64,000 nt of DNA. Origin: Paraphysomonas bandaiensis. Lineage: Eukaryota; Protista; Chrysophyceae. The notes beneath the pieces are model-generated. The model was given only the letters and a program-made list of their open reading frames with translations, did no database searches and had not been told where the DNA came from. Both the position numbers and the translations under genes were made by a program. The stretch's first letter is position 1, and each line of letters opens with the position of its first letter. This document shows positions 12,301-25,095 of the stretch, piece after piece. The DNA lies in NCBI GenBank assembly GCA_965644295.1, contig CBFFRP010000357.1, positions 1 through 64,000 of the forward strand. The letters run 5' to 3'.

Positions 12301-15300
12301 ACTACCAGCGCTTCGTAGTGATGACATTGTGAATGATCCAGGAGAGCAGTCTAATGCTACAGTAACTGCAGATAAATCAAAACCGTGCAGTTCACTAGAG
12401 AGTACAATAAATTCATCACCTGTAGTTGACACTGAACGTACTGCAGAGAAATTAACAAATCATATATCTGAACAGATTTATCAGGAGGCAGTGTCGGATA
12501 CAGTAACAGATAACGAACATTCTACCCCCACCAATTCAAGTAAACGTTTGAATGGTAGTTTGGTGAGCGTGGCATCTCTTAATGGCCTCCAGAGTATTGA
12601 TGAGCATAAAGAGGATAACAGTGGTGGAGATCGGGCGGAATCGTTGCAACAGCCGCCACCCCCACTCACGCGCTCTGATTCTGAAGATATTGTTTCTCCT
12701 CAATCCTCGCCTAGCACTAGATCAACCCTCTCAAAGCGCCGCAGCTCTGGTGTGAAAACACCATGCGATTCAAGAGAATACCGCACCCGATCTCCGTCGC
12801 TGATGCCGTTTAGTCGAAAACGATCAAATACAGATGGTGGATATGATTTTTTGGCGGCAAAGCGGAGGAACGAAGAAGAGAACAAGAGACTGAGAAGTAT
12901 ATCCAATGGACACACTAAACTCCGAGAGTATAATGAAAAACGGACGTATGCACCGCGTGCACTGATTTCAGAAAAACCGAGAGCCGACTGGTTCAGGCGA
13001 ATGTCTAGGGCGGCATCAGGGTCTCTGAGAGATGCTTTGATGCTTATCGAGCAAAAGTATGCATCTGAAAATATAAATGTGCGTGCTGTGAACAAGATAT
13101 CTGTTTGGTGGCAACTACTTTACCCTCAGAAGAAACTTAACTATCGCATGAGAGTGCGCGCTATGTGCCTTGAGTTTGTCGACGAAGCCGTGGATAGGGC
13201 TGTGATAATTGGGTACCGGATTGTGCGACAGCGCATTAACATGATGCGTCAGGGTGCTGCGCAAATAATTCAGGCTGCGTTTCGTAACTGGAAATGGACT
13301 GTGCTAATTCAAGTTGTAAAGCTTCAACGAATGGTGAGGCGGTATTTTGCTCGGAGAGCAGTGAGAGCTCTGGTCACTCGAACGCGGACGGGGATTTTAA
13401 TAGCACGATATGTATACCATCGTAGACTGAGGAAACGCCAAGCAGTGGGAAAGAAGAAGCTTTACAAACGTGTAATACGTCACTACTTCGACTACATTGG
13501 AATCATGGCACGGGACAAGAAGCACAGAGAGTTGAAGAAGTTAGAGTCGAATCCTTTTTCACTTCGTCGGCACTCGTCCACTACACAATTACGGCTCGCG
13601 GAAGAGTATGTTAAACGGTTGGAAGCGTGCTGTAGAATTCAGTCTATGTTTCGCATGAAACTAGCTCGGCGAGCATTTGAGAATGCTATCATGGAAGAAC
13701 ATTTGCGCCGAAGGTTAACATCGTTGATGGCCATGGTTAAGATGCGCCGCCATATTCGATGGCGGAGGGAAAGAAGAAATGCAGCAATAGTTTTGCAGCG
13801 AATGTGGAGAGGAGCTGCACTTCGCTATAAAGTTATGATTCAGGTTCTGTGTGGTATTCGAATTAACAATTGCTGGCACAAATACAGACAGTATTGGAAG
13901 CTAAAGCGGTGTTTACGAAGGGTTGAAGTTCCAGTGCAAATAGTTCTTCATGGAGTACGTAATATACCGCCAAATCATATGACGACAAAGATGTTCAAGA
14001 TCCGAGTTTCTGTATGGTGGACCGGACTGCTTCACTTAGTAGAGCCGAAAGATTTTATGACAGTAGTGACTACAAAACATCCGAATATTGTCCGGACTAC
14101 GTCTGTTTACCCATGTACTGAGCGTATGGTGGATGCCCCTTCTCCAACGAAAGTCTTGGCCTTCCCTCGGAAGACCGCTCCTTGTCCTGCTCGAAAACCT
14201 TCTCTTGTTGAGACGGCACGTAGGTTCTCTGCCAACGACCGAGTTACACCCAAAACAGCTGCAGAGTGCTTACTAGAGTTTGCCAGGCTTCATGGTGTTC
14301 AAGGTGCAAACGTTAAAATGGCTGGAGAAAATATTGATAAAGAAGAGAAAACAGTGACTAGCAATCCAATAGCGAAGAAAAATTTCAGGTCGGCTGTGTT
14401 AAAGACGGTGAGTTTACAGAAATTAGCTGATTTACGGCAGTCCCAATCGATCAAAGAAGAACCATCATGTAGCAGCTCGTCATCAGACAGTGATAGCGAC
14501 GCAGATGATACGAAATCTTCTTGTAGGAACCCCGTGTTCATTAAAGGTTCTTCTAGAGTATCGGAGAAAGAACGCGAGAGTATGATTGATAGAGTAGGTA
14601 TTGACAGTGTCAATCTGCTCGGACACAACCTACTCTCACAGAGCTCACAAAACTCAAGAGGTCTATCACTCTTTGGTGAAAACAAAGACATCAATGCGTA
14701 CAACGTACCTGCCCCCCCTAGGCATTCTCTGAAGCCTGTAGTTAGAAAGAAAGACGAAGAACCCTCAGCGCGAGAAGATCCTAAACTGTGGGAGAAAATT
14801 ATGAAGCGTTCTGCGTCTTTGCCCCCCAGTCCAATGACTGGTTTCAATCCAAGCGGGTTCGAGCGTGGGACCGATGTGCCAGATATAAACACATCAGGAA
14901 CTCCAGGTCAGCGGTTGACATATACCGTTGATTTAGACGACGAAACACTCTACATTCCAGGGTGTCATGGAAATAGTATCATTAGATTTGACTTCTTCGA
15001 TGACGAGTAAGTACTGTCTTCGTAGCAATTTCTTTACTCTTATTCCATACGATATATCTATCAGCTTCACCTTTATACTTGTGATGACTAACTATTATTA
15101 TAGTCGAAAATTTGCGACCAATATGTTTCAGCTCTCCTCTAGCAAGGGCCTTATGTTCTGGGGCGGTGAAATGGAGCAAACAGTAACAGTTGTAGAAGTT
15201 AAAAACATGCCGAAGGGGGGGCGTCGTACTGTAGTGTCGCCGTGTGCACAGTCGGCCCAGCCAATTTTAGAGCTCAAGATTCAGGCCGGGGCCGCTGGAA

Positions 15301-15960
15301 GATCACGGTTAGTTACAGTATATATGGGACCCTGTGTTTCGTTAATGCATCTGGTGTGCTTAGTCAACGAAGACGACTGTTACACTATTCTTTTTACTAT
15401 ACCTGCTTTTATTTTGTTATTCCATTTTACAGTGTGATATATACATGTAGGTGTGGCTGGGCCCAAGTTAGTTTTCGCGGAACGGGTCCAATTAAGCTTC
15501 GTATGCGCTCTAAAGGTTTTTTCAAGTCATTCCTTGCTGTGTGGGATACCCTATTTCTCTCCTTGGATGGAGAGTTTTTATTTTTCTATACTTCTAAAAA
15601 GGCTCCAGAACCGTTGGCTTACATGTCTTTATCGAATATTAAGAGCTTTCACATCGAACTCGCTGATAATCATATCGAGAGAGGAAGAAGCAAACAAACT
15701 GCGATAGACGATAGATTTGTTGTTGTGTTTACTACGAATTCGCGAGATGTAGTGCACATCAAGTATGTAATTTGCTGATATAGTACGCACTGTGTATTTT
15801 TAGTTACTTGTATTCAATCTTTTATTGACTTGTAACATTTTTGTATAGATTTGCAGAGCCAATGGCTCGAGAAGCGTGGGTGAGAACGATAGTTCATGCA
15901 GTTGAGTACAAGAGGAATGACCTTGCGAAGCGCTTATCCCAGTCCCACGCAAGATCATAA
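9302..15960 (+). CDS. Large (~2100 aa) multidomain protein: PDZ, internal repeat, several IQ motifs, C2-like region, C-terminal PH domain (exons approx. 9302-15006, 15104-15307, 15451-15763, 15849-15960)
   Basis: 1902-aa first exon. PDZ-like VHIGDELLAVDGTSVEGK; IQ motifs IQAAFRNW, IQSMFRMKLAR, LQRMWRGAALR; PH-like exons ...WDTLFLSLDGEFLFFYTSKK...FAEPMAREAWVRTI; GT-AG junctions. Confidence 0.85.
11699..12267 (+). repeat. In-frame 285-bp (95-aa) tandem duplication inside the PDZ/IQ/PH gene
   Basis: ISSVEEVDNKTGLVAQ...IRDEKL occurs twice with few substitutions. Confidence 0.95.
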
Positions 15961-16484
15961 GTGTTTAACAGTTCGTATTGGGATAAATGGCAGTGATAGT
16001 TTTCTGTCCATCGTTGTCTTTGTTAGAATCCTTGTTCCACTTCAATATAGAATGCGTGTACATATGTCAATGTGTGTCCAGGATCGCGGATATATGTTCA
16101 TATAAGATATGTACATATCGATCGTACCTTATTTCCTGCGGAAGTGGCAGGTGCGTATTTTAAACTTAAGCACTTACAATATCATACCGTTTTATTAGCC
16201 CTAGCCGTGTTTTTTCAGTCTAGTCAATCTAATTTTAAGACAATTATTTATCTTGGTGTTTTTTGTGTTTAAACATTTGTAACATTTACAACCAATACAT
16301 CATCATTATGATGATTCTGTGGACCCTGATACTGATTTAAAACAACTTTTTACATTTAATGAAGTAGTGAATGTCTGATTATTTAGCAATAGGCGTTGAG
16401 ACCTTGCATCAATTAGTGGCTAGAAGAATGCTAGTCATACTAGTTAGACCACTACCCGTAACTAATCAATACAAACTCTTTTAT

Positions 16485-16548
16485 CCTACTATTTAACGCT
16501 ACGAAAGCTGCTTGTGCGTCGCCGCAAGCACCAAGGTGCAACCACTTC
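16485..16548 (+). mobile_element. Helitron-like 5' end, dispersed repeat copy 1
   Basis: A|TCCTACTATTTAACGCTACGAAAGCTGCTTGTGCGTCGCCGCAAGCACCAAGGTGCAACCACT; related copies near 17146, 37438-37511 (minus) and 38095. A TC start after A resembles Helitron 5' termini. Confidence 0.5.
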
Positions 16549-17127
16549 CGTTCTTTTTTGTGTGATATGAAATTCGCCTTTATCGTGTGTCCGTGGACTC
16601 ACCGGCGCTTTTGATCTGGGGGTCTCCCTTTGGGATGGGTCTCCATTGGTTTTGGAGGGGGCTCAGCATTCTGAATTAGGGTCCTGAGTGCACCTAGTTC
16701 CAGATGTGTGGGTTGAGAGTGGTGGGGATTGTTGGGAGGAGTTGGGTTTGTAGTCTGTGTTACTGTGCTCCTGTGGGGCCGCGGGTGTAGATAGAGTTGT
16801 CGAAGCCGTCGGCGTTGTGGAGGTCTGGGCAGTCCAGTGCTCTGTCGGGTAGGACCTGTGAGGTGTGCACGTGTGTCTGGAGTCGGATACGCTGTGGGGG
16901 GTCTTCGTTGGACCCCTAGTAGTCGAAGGACTCTCGGACGTTGTCTTGACTGACTGCGTTTCGGACGGGGTCTCGGGAGTAGCCTGGGCGGCCTTTTGGA
17001 CATGGTGATATAGCGACAACCTACATTTAATGAAACCATGGTCCCAAACAAAATGAAGAAACTTAAAAAACAGTCCATCTCATTGTAAAATAGTAGTAAT
17101 ATCTGTTTATTAGTCGTGTAAGAGTCA

Positions 17128-17269
17128 GTGCTTAACTCTGATAAGCTACTATTTAACGCTACGATATCTGCTTGTGCGTCACTCAACGCAAACACCAAGG
17201 TCCAACCACTTTCGCACTATCACTCAAAGCAAACGCAGTGAGCAAGCATAATGTTGATAGACCTGACAT
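17128..17269 (+). mobile_element. Helitron-like repeat copy 2, interrupted by a hAT end
   Basis: Same core; similarity to the reverse complement of 37375-37500 continues ~65 bp past the core, up to 17270. Confidence 0.5.
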
Positions 17270-17379
17270 CAGGGCTAGGGAACAATATATTGCAATACTA
17301 TTGTTGGAGTGCGTCTCATCAATAATATTGATGGAGTTTTTTAACCGACCCAACAATACTATTGCAATATATAATGTAC
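17270..17379 (+). mobile_element. Left end of hAT family A element (truncated)
   Basis: cagggctagggaacaatatattgcaata matches the end of the hAT element at 62967. Confidence 0.7.
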
Positions 17380-18910
17380 CAGGGCCTAGTAACCATTAAT
17401 GGTAATGCCATTATAATTGCCGGTAACCGGACTACCATTAATGATATCCCATTAATGACCTGTACTGCTATATATAGAACTGAGTGTTATTAAGATAATA
17501 TAGAATATAGTATCTCCTCTATACTCCGAAGAAACTCTAAACAGTATTAGACAACAATGCTCATGCAACTCTACTGGCACTCTGTGGCAACCTTGTTCAC
17601 TATCTTCTCAATGCATTCTAAAGTTAGAGAATAGTGTCCTGAGCGATATCCAAAGCAACGTACTCATATACCCAAAAACTCTAAAATAATCATTGAAAAT
17701 ATGCATATTTCACCTCGAAACATTCATAAAAACACTATTTTTCCCAAAAGTTGAAGGAAGATACAGTACCAGTACACAACTAAGCAAAGTACTTATACCA
17801 TCCCACATCCAGCATATTAAGCAACGATGATGGCCAAAACAATTGATGGCAGTGTAATTTACAGAGTCTTCTTCCGAGTGGTTTCAGAGAATCCTCTCAG
17901 TGCTCTGTATCATATTTGCTCGTTGTGCAATGATCGCCTTGAACGGGGAGGTTACACGACTTATGTGAATCATAGAGCCAAGAAGGGCACCAAACATGCG
18001 GATTTTTCTTGGCGAAAGGAACTCAAGAGAATTTTGGGAGAAGTGGAAGACTTCACGGGGGCGATTTACTGTCTTTTGTACGAAAGAAAGTATCTCCTGC
18101 TGCAAGGAACTTATTTCGGTGGCTGGAATGGATAGTTATGAACGACGAACCATTTTCTATGGTGGAGAATAAGTATGTTCGAAAGAGGTGGAACCAATTT
18201 GTACCAAGCCCACCAGTTATTTGATATACTAGTACAAGAATTTCCAGAGCTGCATCTATTCCTTTCCCCGAATGCAAGCATTGTTGCCAGTGCAAATTTT
18301 GAGAAGGCAGTGGCTAAAATTAAAGGGAACGATGAAAGAGAGTTGACAGGCAATGAGAGAAGAGCAGTTAGACATTTGCAACTGGATTCATTCATGGAGG
18401 TTAGTGTACCCGACAGAAATAATGAGGACGAGAGTGAAGGAACTGATTTTGCACAGGGTGTTCTGGACAGCGCCGAGGTCACCAAGAGAGCTCGACTTGG
18501 TACCTATTACCTATGAGTCCAACTACCGCTGCTTGCTTCATATTGAAGCACAATCTAATGTTATTGAGAGGCTCTCTAGTCGTACAAAGTTGATTATGAC
18601 ACCTGAGCGTAGAAACATGAATCCATATCGTCTAAAATCGTTGCTATTCCTACGAGCCAATTACATGTTGTGGGATGTTTATATCCTCCATAAAGCCCTG
18701 CAAGAAGATCCTGATGTGCCAGTAGAGAGCGAGAAGAAGTTAAAATTTGTAGTCTGCTATTTAACTAAAAATTAGTATTTAAGGAAGCACAACACTATCT
18801 ATTATATGAGTGAGTGGTGCTATCTACTTTAAGTTAGTAGGTATTAATGGCCATTAATGGCCAATATAATTGCCAGGAAATGGACTACCATTTATGGTTA
18901 TCAGGCCCTG
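17380..18910 (+). mobile_element. hAT family B DNA transposon, internally deleted (transposase pseudogene ~17827-18775)
   Basis: TIRs CAGGGCCTagtaaccattaatgg / ccatttatggttatcAGGCCCTG; 8-bp TSD taatgtac / taatatac; BED-finger remnant, WLEWIVMNDEPFSMVEN, and C-terminal SNVIERLSSRTKLIMTPERRNMNP..LFLRAN. Confidence 0.92.
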
Positions 18911-19131
18911 TAATATACTAGTATCGTTATTCAGCAATTAAACACTTGACTAGATTCCATATTCAGTACTAGTCATTAAGACAGCATGATAACCAAAAAC
19001 ACTACTCTCTTAGACAAAGACTACATACTGCTTTTAGCTAGTCACAACTCTGCTTCTACTCATTCTCTGAACCATCATTGGTGCTGTCATTACTACCACA
19101 TTCATTCAAAAAAATTGAAAATAAAATACCG

Positions 19132-19435
19132 CTACCACACACTGCATGCCTATACTCCACTACCACACACTGCATGCCTATACTCCACTACCACACACTG
19201 CATGCCTATACTCCACTATCACACACTGCATGCCTATACTCCACTACCACACACTGCATGCCTATACTCCACTACCACACACTGCATGCCTATACTCCAC
19301 TACCACACACTGCATGCCTATACTCCACTATGACACACTGCATGCATCCATTGCACATCACACACTGCATGCCTATACTCCACTATCACACACTGCATGC
19401 CTATACTCCACTACCAAACACTGCATGCATCCATT
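19132..19435. repeat. 28-bp minisatellite (CTACCACACACTGCATGCCTATACTCCA), ~10-11 units
   Basis: Read directly from the sequence. Confidence 0.97.
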
Positions 19436-19850
19436 GCACAGCACACTCATTGGAGGTTAATCCCATAATGTTATCCATATCGATACGTTTTCCTGTACTA
19501 GTGTTGCAGTCTATATCTCATGGGAGCTATGAGTATAATGAAAACATCATGTTCAGTACTGTGCTCTCGCTGCATGCGTATCGGCCCATCTCTATTAACA
19601 CACTCTGCATCTGAGGTAGAAGCACAGCAAGATATGGAAATATTGTCCAGACAAAAATTACAAATATCTAAATATGTGTGGTTCTATACTGCAGAATACG
19701 TATGTAATTTTGTTTTGCAACTCTCAGTAAAAAATGTCTTTGAGGAACTGTCTGTAATCAGTAAACGGACAGTGGTCCGGTTAATTTTCCGTGTTTCCTG
19801 GAAGGTTGAAGATATTTTTTGGCATTGTCTTTTGAAGATACTTTCCGCAT

Positions 19851-19982
19851 CGGCATCCTTTGCGTATTTTGTTCAAATATGCCTCTAATATTGAGACAAC
19901 AATTATCTGTATTCCAGCCGTAGTTGTATATCAGTACTAAAGAGTATATTTGCTTCAATTGTTTTCCGCAAAATAAGATGCT
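19851..19982 (-). repeat. ~130-bp dispersed repeat; inverted partner at 25443-25574
   Basis: Shared ...caactacggctggaatacagataattgttgtctcaatat...; both translate YNYGWNTDNCCLNI in the ORF track. Confidence 0.85.
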
Positions 19983-20171
19983 GATGAAGTGATACTTTCC
20001 ATATGATATCTTCGTGTACATACACAGGCTGCACACACATGCACTCATATCTTGGATATAGACTACACACACATCATACACACACTCATATAGACTCCAC
20101 ACACATCTATCCATATACTGTACAAGTATATATAAGTAGCTATTGTCTCATCTGCCCTCTATCAGAGTCAC

Positions 20172-23100
20172 ATGGGACAGACTCAGAGTCAGACTACAAC
20201 TCAGACTCAGAGTTCAAGCCAGAGTCCGAGCTCCGTTGAATCCGAGAGAGCTGAACCATCTCTGAATGAATCAATCTCAGTAAGTATTGATTCTGAAGAG
20301 TTAAGTGAAGCAATAGACTGTGATGATGAACCATGCGACCGTCCATCAGACTGGTACATCTCTATTATCAGACAATGATATCTTGTGATGTGATCGTATC
20401 CCACAGGCTGTTAGTTCATACCATCGCTCTCTGTATGGCGTCCTATGACGAGAACCCTACTCAGACACTCTGTAGTAGTGATTTCATATCTCATTCATTT
20501 AATAAATGTTCAGTTTCGGATCAAAGTTGTTATGATGGCCGTGTGATTGTTGCAGAAGCGACCGATCCCGATGGTACAGAGTACCATTTTGTATGCTTTC
20601 GTGGAACAGTCAACTGGAATGATGTACAGGCAGATATCAATGCATCGCCGCAGGTATGTGAGCTTGGTGTTGTTCACACCGGTTTCTTAGAGCGGAGTAA
20701 AGTGGTGCCTATTCGATCTTTATTTGAGGCTTGTCGCAACAAGAAAGTTGTTATAACAGGCCATTCATTAGGCGGTGCATGTGCAACCCTCCTAGCAGCT
20801 CGATTTTTTTCGGCATACAGCCACTATGGCTACGATGATAACCAAGTGACAGTTATAACTTTTGGTAGCCCTCTGGTGGCTGGTCCATCCTTTGGATCCT
20901 ATATGAAGAGTCGTAAAAGGCATTTCCATAACTTCATCGTTGGACATGATATTGTCCCACGTGTGTTGACAGTTATGAAAGTGATTCTTCCATCTGTTGC
21001 GGAGTATCTGTTATCTGCTGCCTCACTTGCCTATGATAGTGCTACTATAATGCAGAAGGCTATGGACTCTTTGACATTGTTTAAGCACTTTGGAAACTTT
21101 TATCATCTCGATATACATCGATCTCTAAAAGGAAACCACACTGTCGAGTGTTCTGTTATGTCCACAAGTGAAATTAAGTCTTTCTTTGAGGACGTGGAGT
21201 CCAACAGAAGTATAACTGATCAAATGATTACCGATCACTCAATGGTTATATATAAAAATGCTTTGTGGCATGGAGCCATTGACCCACAGAAAATACACCC
21301 ACATCATATCCTACGGGTTTTGCCAACATGGGCTCCTCCTGATATTCGCTATTGCAGTATTCGTGACTTGGTTCTCTATGTATATGGAAGTAATATGATA
21401 TATGCGGTATGCTGTGAGTTGTGGTCCTCCAGATTACCAGTGGTTGCTACAGATAATACGTGGGCATCGTTTCAATGTAGTAGCCAAGTGGCGAAACGTT
21501 TACAACGTTCTGCCGGCCGTTTTTCCGTTGATGTTGCAGTCGTCGATTTATTTGGCTCCCGTTCTGGCCATAAGGATGTAAGTTGTCGCCTGCAATCAGC
21601 CAGCACAGTATTGACTCCCGATAAGGTGCTCAGCAACGTCCTCCCTTTAGTCAGCCTTCTAGTTCGAGCAGATGATGGCAGTCAAGAATATAGAGCAGTG
21701 GACTCGGTGCTGGGGCTTATGTACAGCGAATGTGTCAGTCTAGGTCAAATTATACCTATTGAGTTTGCATTTCGTACAATGGAAAGTAACTATGAGGGAG
21801 ATGATGATGTTGTGGTCACTACTTTTTTAAATCGTGTGAGACAAGTTGATATGGACTGGACGAAGTTATGTTCTGATGTAATGGTAACTACCATTATGAA
21901 TTCGATCAGACGACTTCACGATAAAAGTTTGAATGAGGAGCAAATTACTCAGCGATATCGTCAATACTCAATGGCATTTGGAAAGTTTATGCAAGACGGA
22001 GCTATGCCATGTGTAGACATTGAAGACAAGTACTTCATTGCAAATGAGTTTGTGGATACCAGGGATCGAAGAAAGTTCTGGCATACTATATGTGTTGAAG
22101 GCATTGAAGTTGTTGTCGACTTGTATGGCTCTACAGATAAATCTTGTATGAATTTTATGCCAGTACGTAAAGAGCGTCTCTACATTGATGACGGCTATGA
22201 AGTTACAAAGTCTTATCATTCTTTATCACCTAGCCGCACGCTTAAAATGTTTGTACTATTGATTGAGCAGAAGAGTACATTTTCAAAACGATTGCTACAC
22301 TACTATTGCTTGGATTGGGGAGAAGATGAAGTGCTTCCATTCGGGGAGAATTCATTCTTGCAGTTGATTTATTATACAACCGTGCATAGCGATCCTGGTT
22401 CGCCAAGAAATGTACTCGTCTACGACAGGAATATGGTATCGAATCGTACTGCCATGTATCTATATACTTGTGGGTTGTTAAAACTATCATCCACTAAGTG
22501 TGTGGATTCCAAAGAACAGCAAATTGTGTTCGATGAGCTCGAGATTAAAGTTAATGGTACATTTGAGTTTTCGGATGCCCAGAGAGATATAGCACATGAA
22601 GCCGCAAAGAGAATGAATGATGCGAATTTCTTAAAGAATATGTTGTCTTCATTCCGATCCCGTGGAGGAAGAGATTCATTTCGTATCAAAGCTGAAAATA
22701 TTCTTAACAGCTTACTGGTGCATATATCATCAGATTTTACGTTAGCAGACTGTCAATATCTCTGTGGTCAATCTATCATGATGCCTGTAGAAGATATTTA
22801 CCATCCCGGAGAGAATAATCCCTTCTTGGATCTCTTCCCGAAACCCCTGACTGTCTCAGAACTTCAGGTGTCTTCTTTGGAGCAAAAGAAGAAGTTATTA
22901 AATCATGCTGCTGAGGCGGCTGCGAAAGCAAAATACCTTGGAATACTTCTTGAGGACGCCATTGTGTTTGGTGACAAGGCGATGGAAATGGAGCGCCCAT
23001 CTCTTGAAGCGGTGGGATATAGTGTTGCTGCCACTTTTAAAGCGGCAGCATCTGTTCCTTGGGGTGTATTTAAAAGTACTGCTGCTCTGCTTACGTGGAA

Positions 23101-24309
23101 TCGGAAGCACATTGTGGATGTGGGAAAGTATATGTCGGGGCTTTTCCATTATGCATTCTACGCACCTACTGGTGTCAGCACCTATCCGCAGGTTGTTCAA
23201 TGTTTGTGCGAACGATTGAACATGCAGTCACCCTTTACTGCAAGCCTGGAAGAGCAAGAACGATTCATTGTCAACACACTTCCATCCAAAGTTAAAGAAG
23301 AGTCACTAGACAAGTTGATTAAATACAAAGATGATTATTTTAAAGACAGCGTTCTCCTTCCGTATGTACAAGGAAAGTCTTGCGGGTTGGTAATATTCTT
23401 TTTAAAAACCCTATACCATTGCCACAATCTACGGATTTTACGTAAAAGTGTGACTCTAGTGACAATAAGTGGGATTCAGAATGCTGGAAAGACGACCCTT
23501 GTGAAGGAAATATTTGGGCCTGATGTTGTGAAGGCGCCAACGGGTAGAGAATGCAATATTTATCACGTTTCATGTAAAAGTTACATATATTATATTCTAT
23601 CGATTATTGGCAATGATGTTTATTACTATTGATATATTGTTTATTATCGATATACTTCTGTTGACTTGTTTGTGATTTTCATTGGTTAATGTCAAAAATG
23701 TTGCTTGTAGGATCTAACACTCTTTCTACAACGATATTTCCATCTGCATATTTTAATCCGAATCAGCGAAATGTCGTTTACTGTGACCTTCCTGGCTGTA
23801 ATGATGCTGAGACTGCTCGGATATGTAACTTATTCCTTACACTAGGTGATATCACTGTATTTTTGCTGCCGCAGTCGCTCTCAAAGAACCCCCAAGGTGA
23901 TGTGTACCATACGTTTATAAATAAAGTGAAGTCTTGTGCTGGACCGGTTCTGGTATGCATCAACAGTTGTGACGTGTGCTTTCGTATTCGAAAAGGAGAA
24001 ACTGTGTCTGACGATGAATTAAAAAAACGGCTTTTGATCGAAAGAGATGATTGGCGGAGCAGTTCGTTATTTTCCTCTAACGACAGACCGACCCGTCACA
24101 GTGATGATCTGTGGGAATGTGAAAAAGGTCGCGAGTGTTCTGTAGTTTTTTCGACTAAAGACGGTCATACGAGTTTTAGTGTGTGGCTGACTTCATTTGA
24201 GGTTGAGTATAACCCGGAATTGACTGAAAGACTACTTTTTCTTCCGAGTCACGTCCAACAATGGGTGCAAGAGGTTCAGCCGCTATGTGTCCTAAAGAAT
24301 GCGGAGTAA
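20172..24309 (+). CDS. Lipase class 3 - P-loop GTPase fusion protein (~1300 aa); exons 20172-20353, 20407-23543, 23711-24309
   Basis: Lipase_3 motifs VCFRGT, VHTGF, GHSLGG, TFGSP, HDIVP, DHSM; GTPase G1 GIQNAGKTT, G3 DLPG, G4-like NSCD. Both GT-AG introns restore frame; N-terminus MGQTQS. Confidence 0.88.
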
Positions 24310-24809
24310 AATATTTTTTGGTGAGACAATGTAGTTCACGTGCTAGCACGGTTGCACTGTGATGTGTTTTGAAGTTTAATCTACGATAATAGTTACTTCG
24401 TCGTGTAGGAGAAAGTAAACAGAGACGACAGAATTAAAAAAAACAGCGACGATAATTTTTTCTTGTAAATTTGCTACATTGACACCACTACTTCAGCCTA
24501 TCTGAGCAGATACAGTCGCTACAGTTTAGTTTACCTCATATATTTCATCCATTACACTCCTGACTATTTTGTTGAATAAACAAATTGAAATTACTTAAAG
24601 CTGAGGTGACATCGTTGATCTTTGCTATAGTTTAAGGTTTTGAAATTATAACCGTTGGTGAAAAATACAGTAGTTTAATACAGTATTACGTCACTTTGAT
24701 AAAGTACTTTGACGTATAATATATACTAGATAAATTGAATTATAGGTAGCATTGTGATTGTCTAAGATTGTAATTGATTGAGAGAGTGAAACCAATGAAA
24801 AGTATAGCA

Positions 24810-25095
24810 AGTTGCAGTGAAAGATGAGAAATGGTACACGTTATCATAACACCAATCGAGACATTTGTGAGGTACGACACTGCCGACTCAGATATACTAC
24901 AGTGTAAAGTCGACTACTAAATCAGACGGGACAATATAAAAGACTTGTCAGCCACCAATCTCAAGAGAGGATGAACCTTTCCCGGCTATTAGCACTGTGT
25001 TCTTCACTGTGCACTCGATGATGCTTCAATGGCTAGTCTTGCATCCACTTCATTGGAATCATACAGCAGATGACATGTCTGGTGCATTGAGATAC
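24810..25095 (+). mobile_element. Possible highly decayed Copia reverse-transcriptase relic
   Basis: TLPTQIYYSVKSTTKSDGTI and FFTVHS...WNHTADDMSGAL loosely match Copia RT segments (KWVFKVK..SDG.I; FSP...W...MDV..AF); many stops. Confidence 0.3.

Noticed and set aside
16485-16548. Structured ncRNA or Fanzor omega-RNA
   Set aside because: Hairpins are present, but no TnpB/Fanzor ORF is recognisable in the window and the repeat begins like a Helitron 5' end.
19132-19435. 28-bp repeats as a CRISPR array
   Set aside because: Units are contiguous with no unique spacers, there are no cas genes, and the context is eukaryotic.
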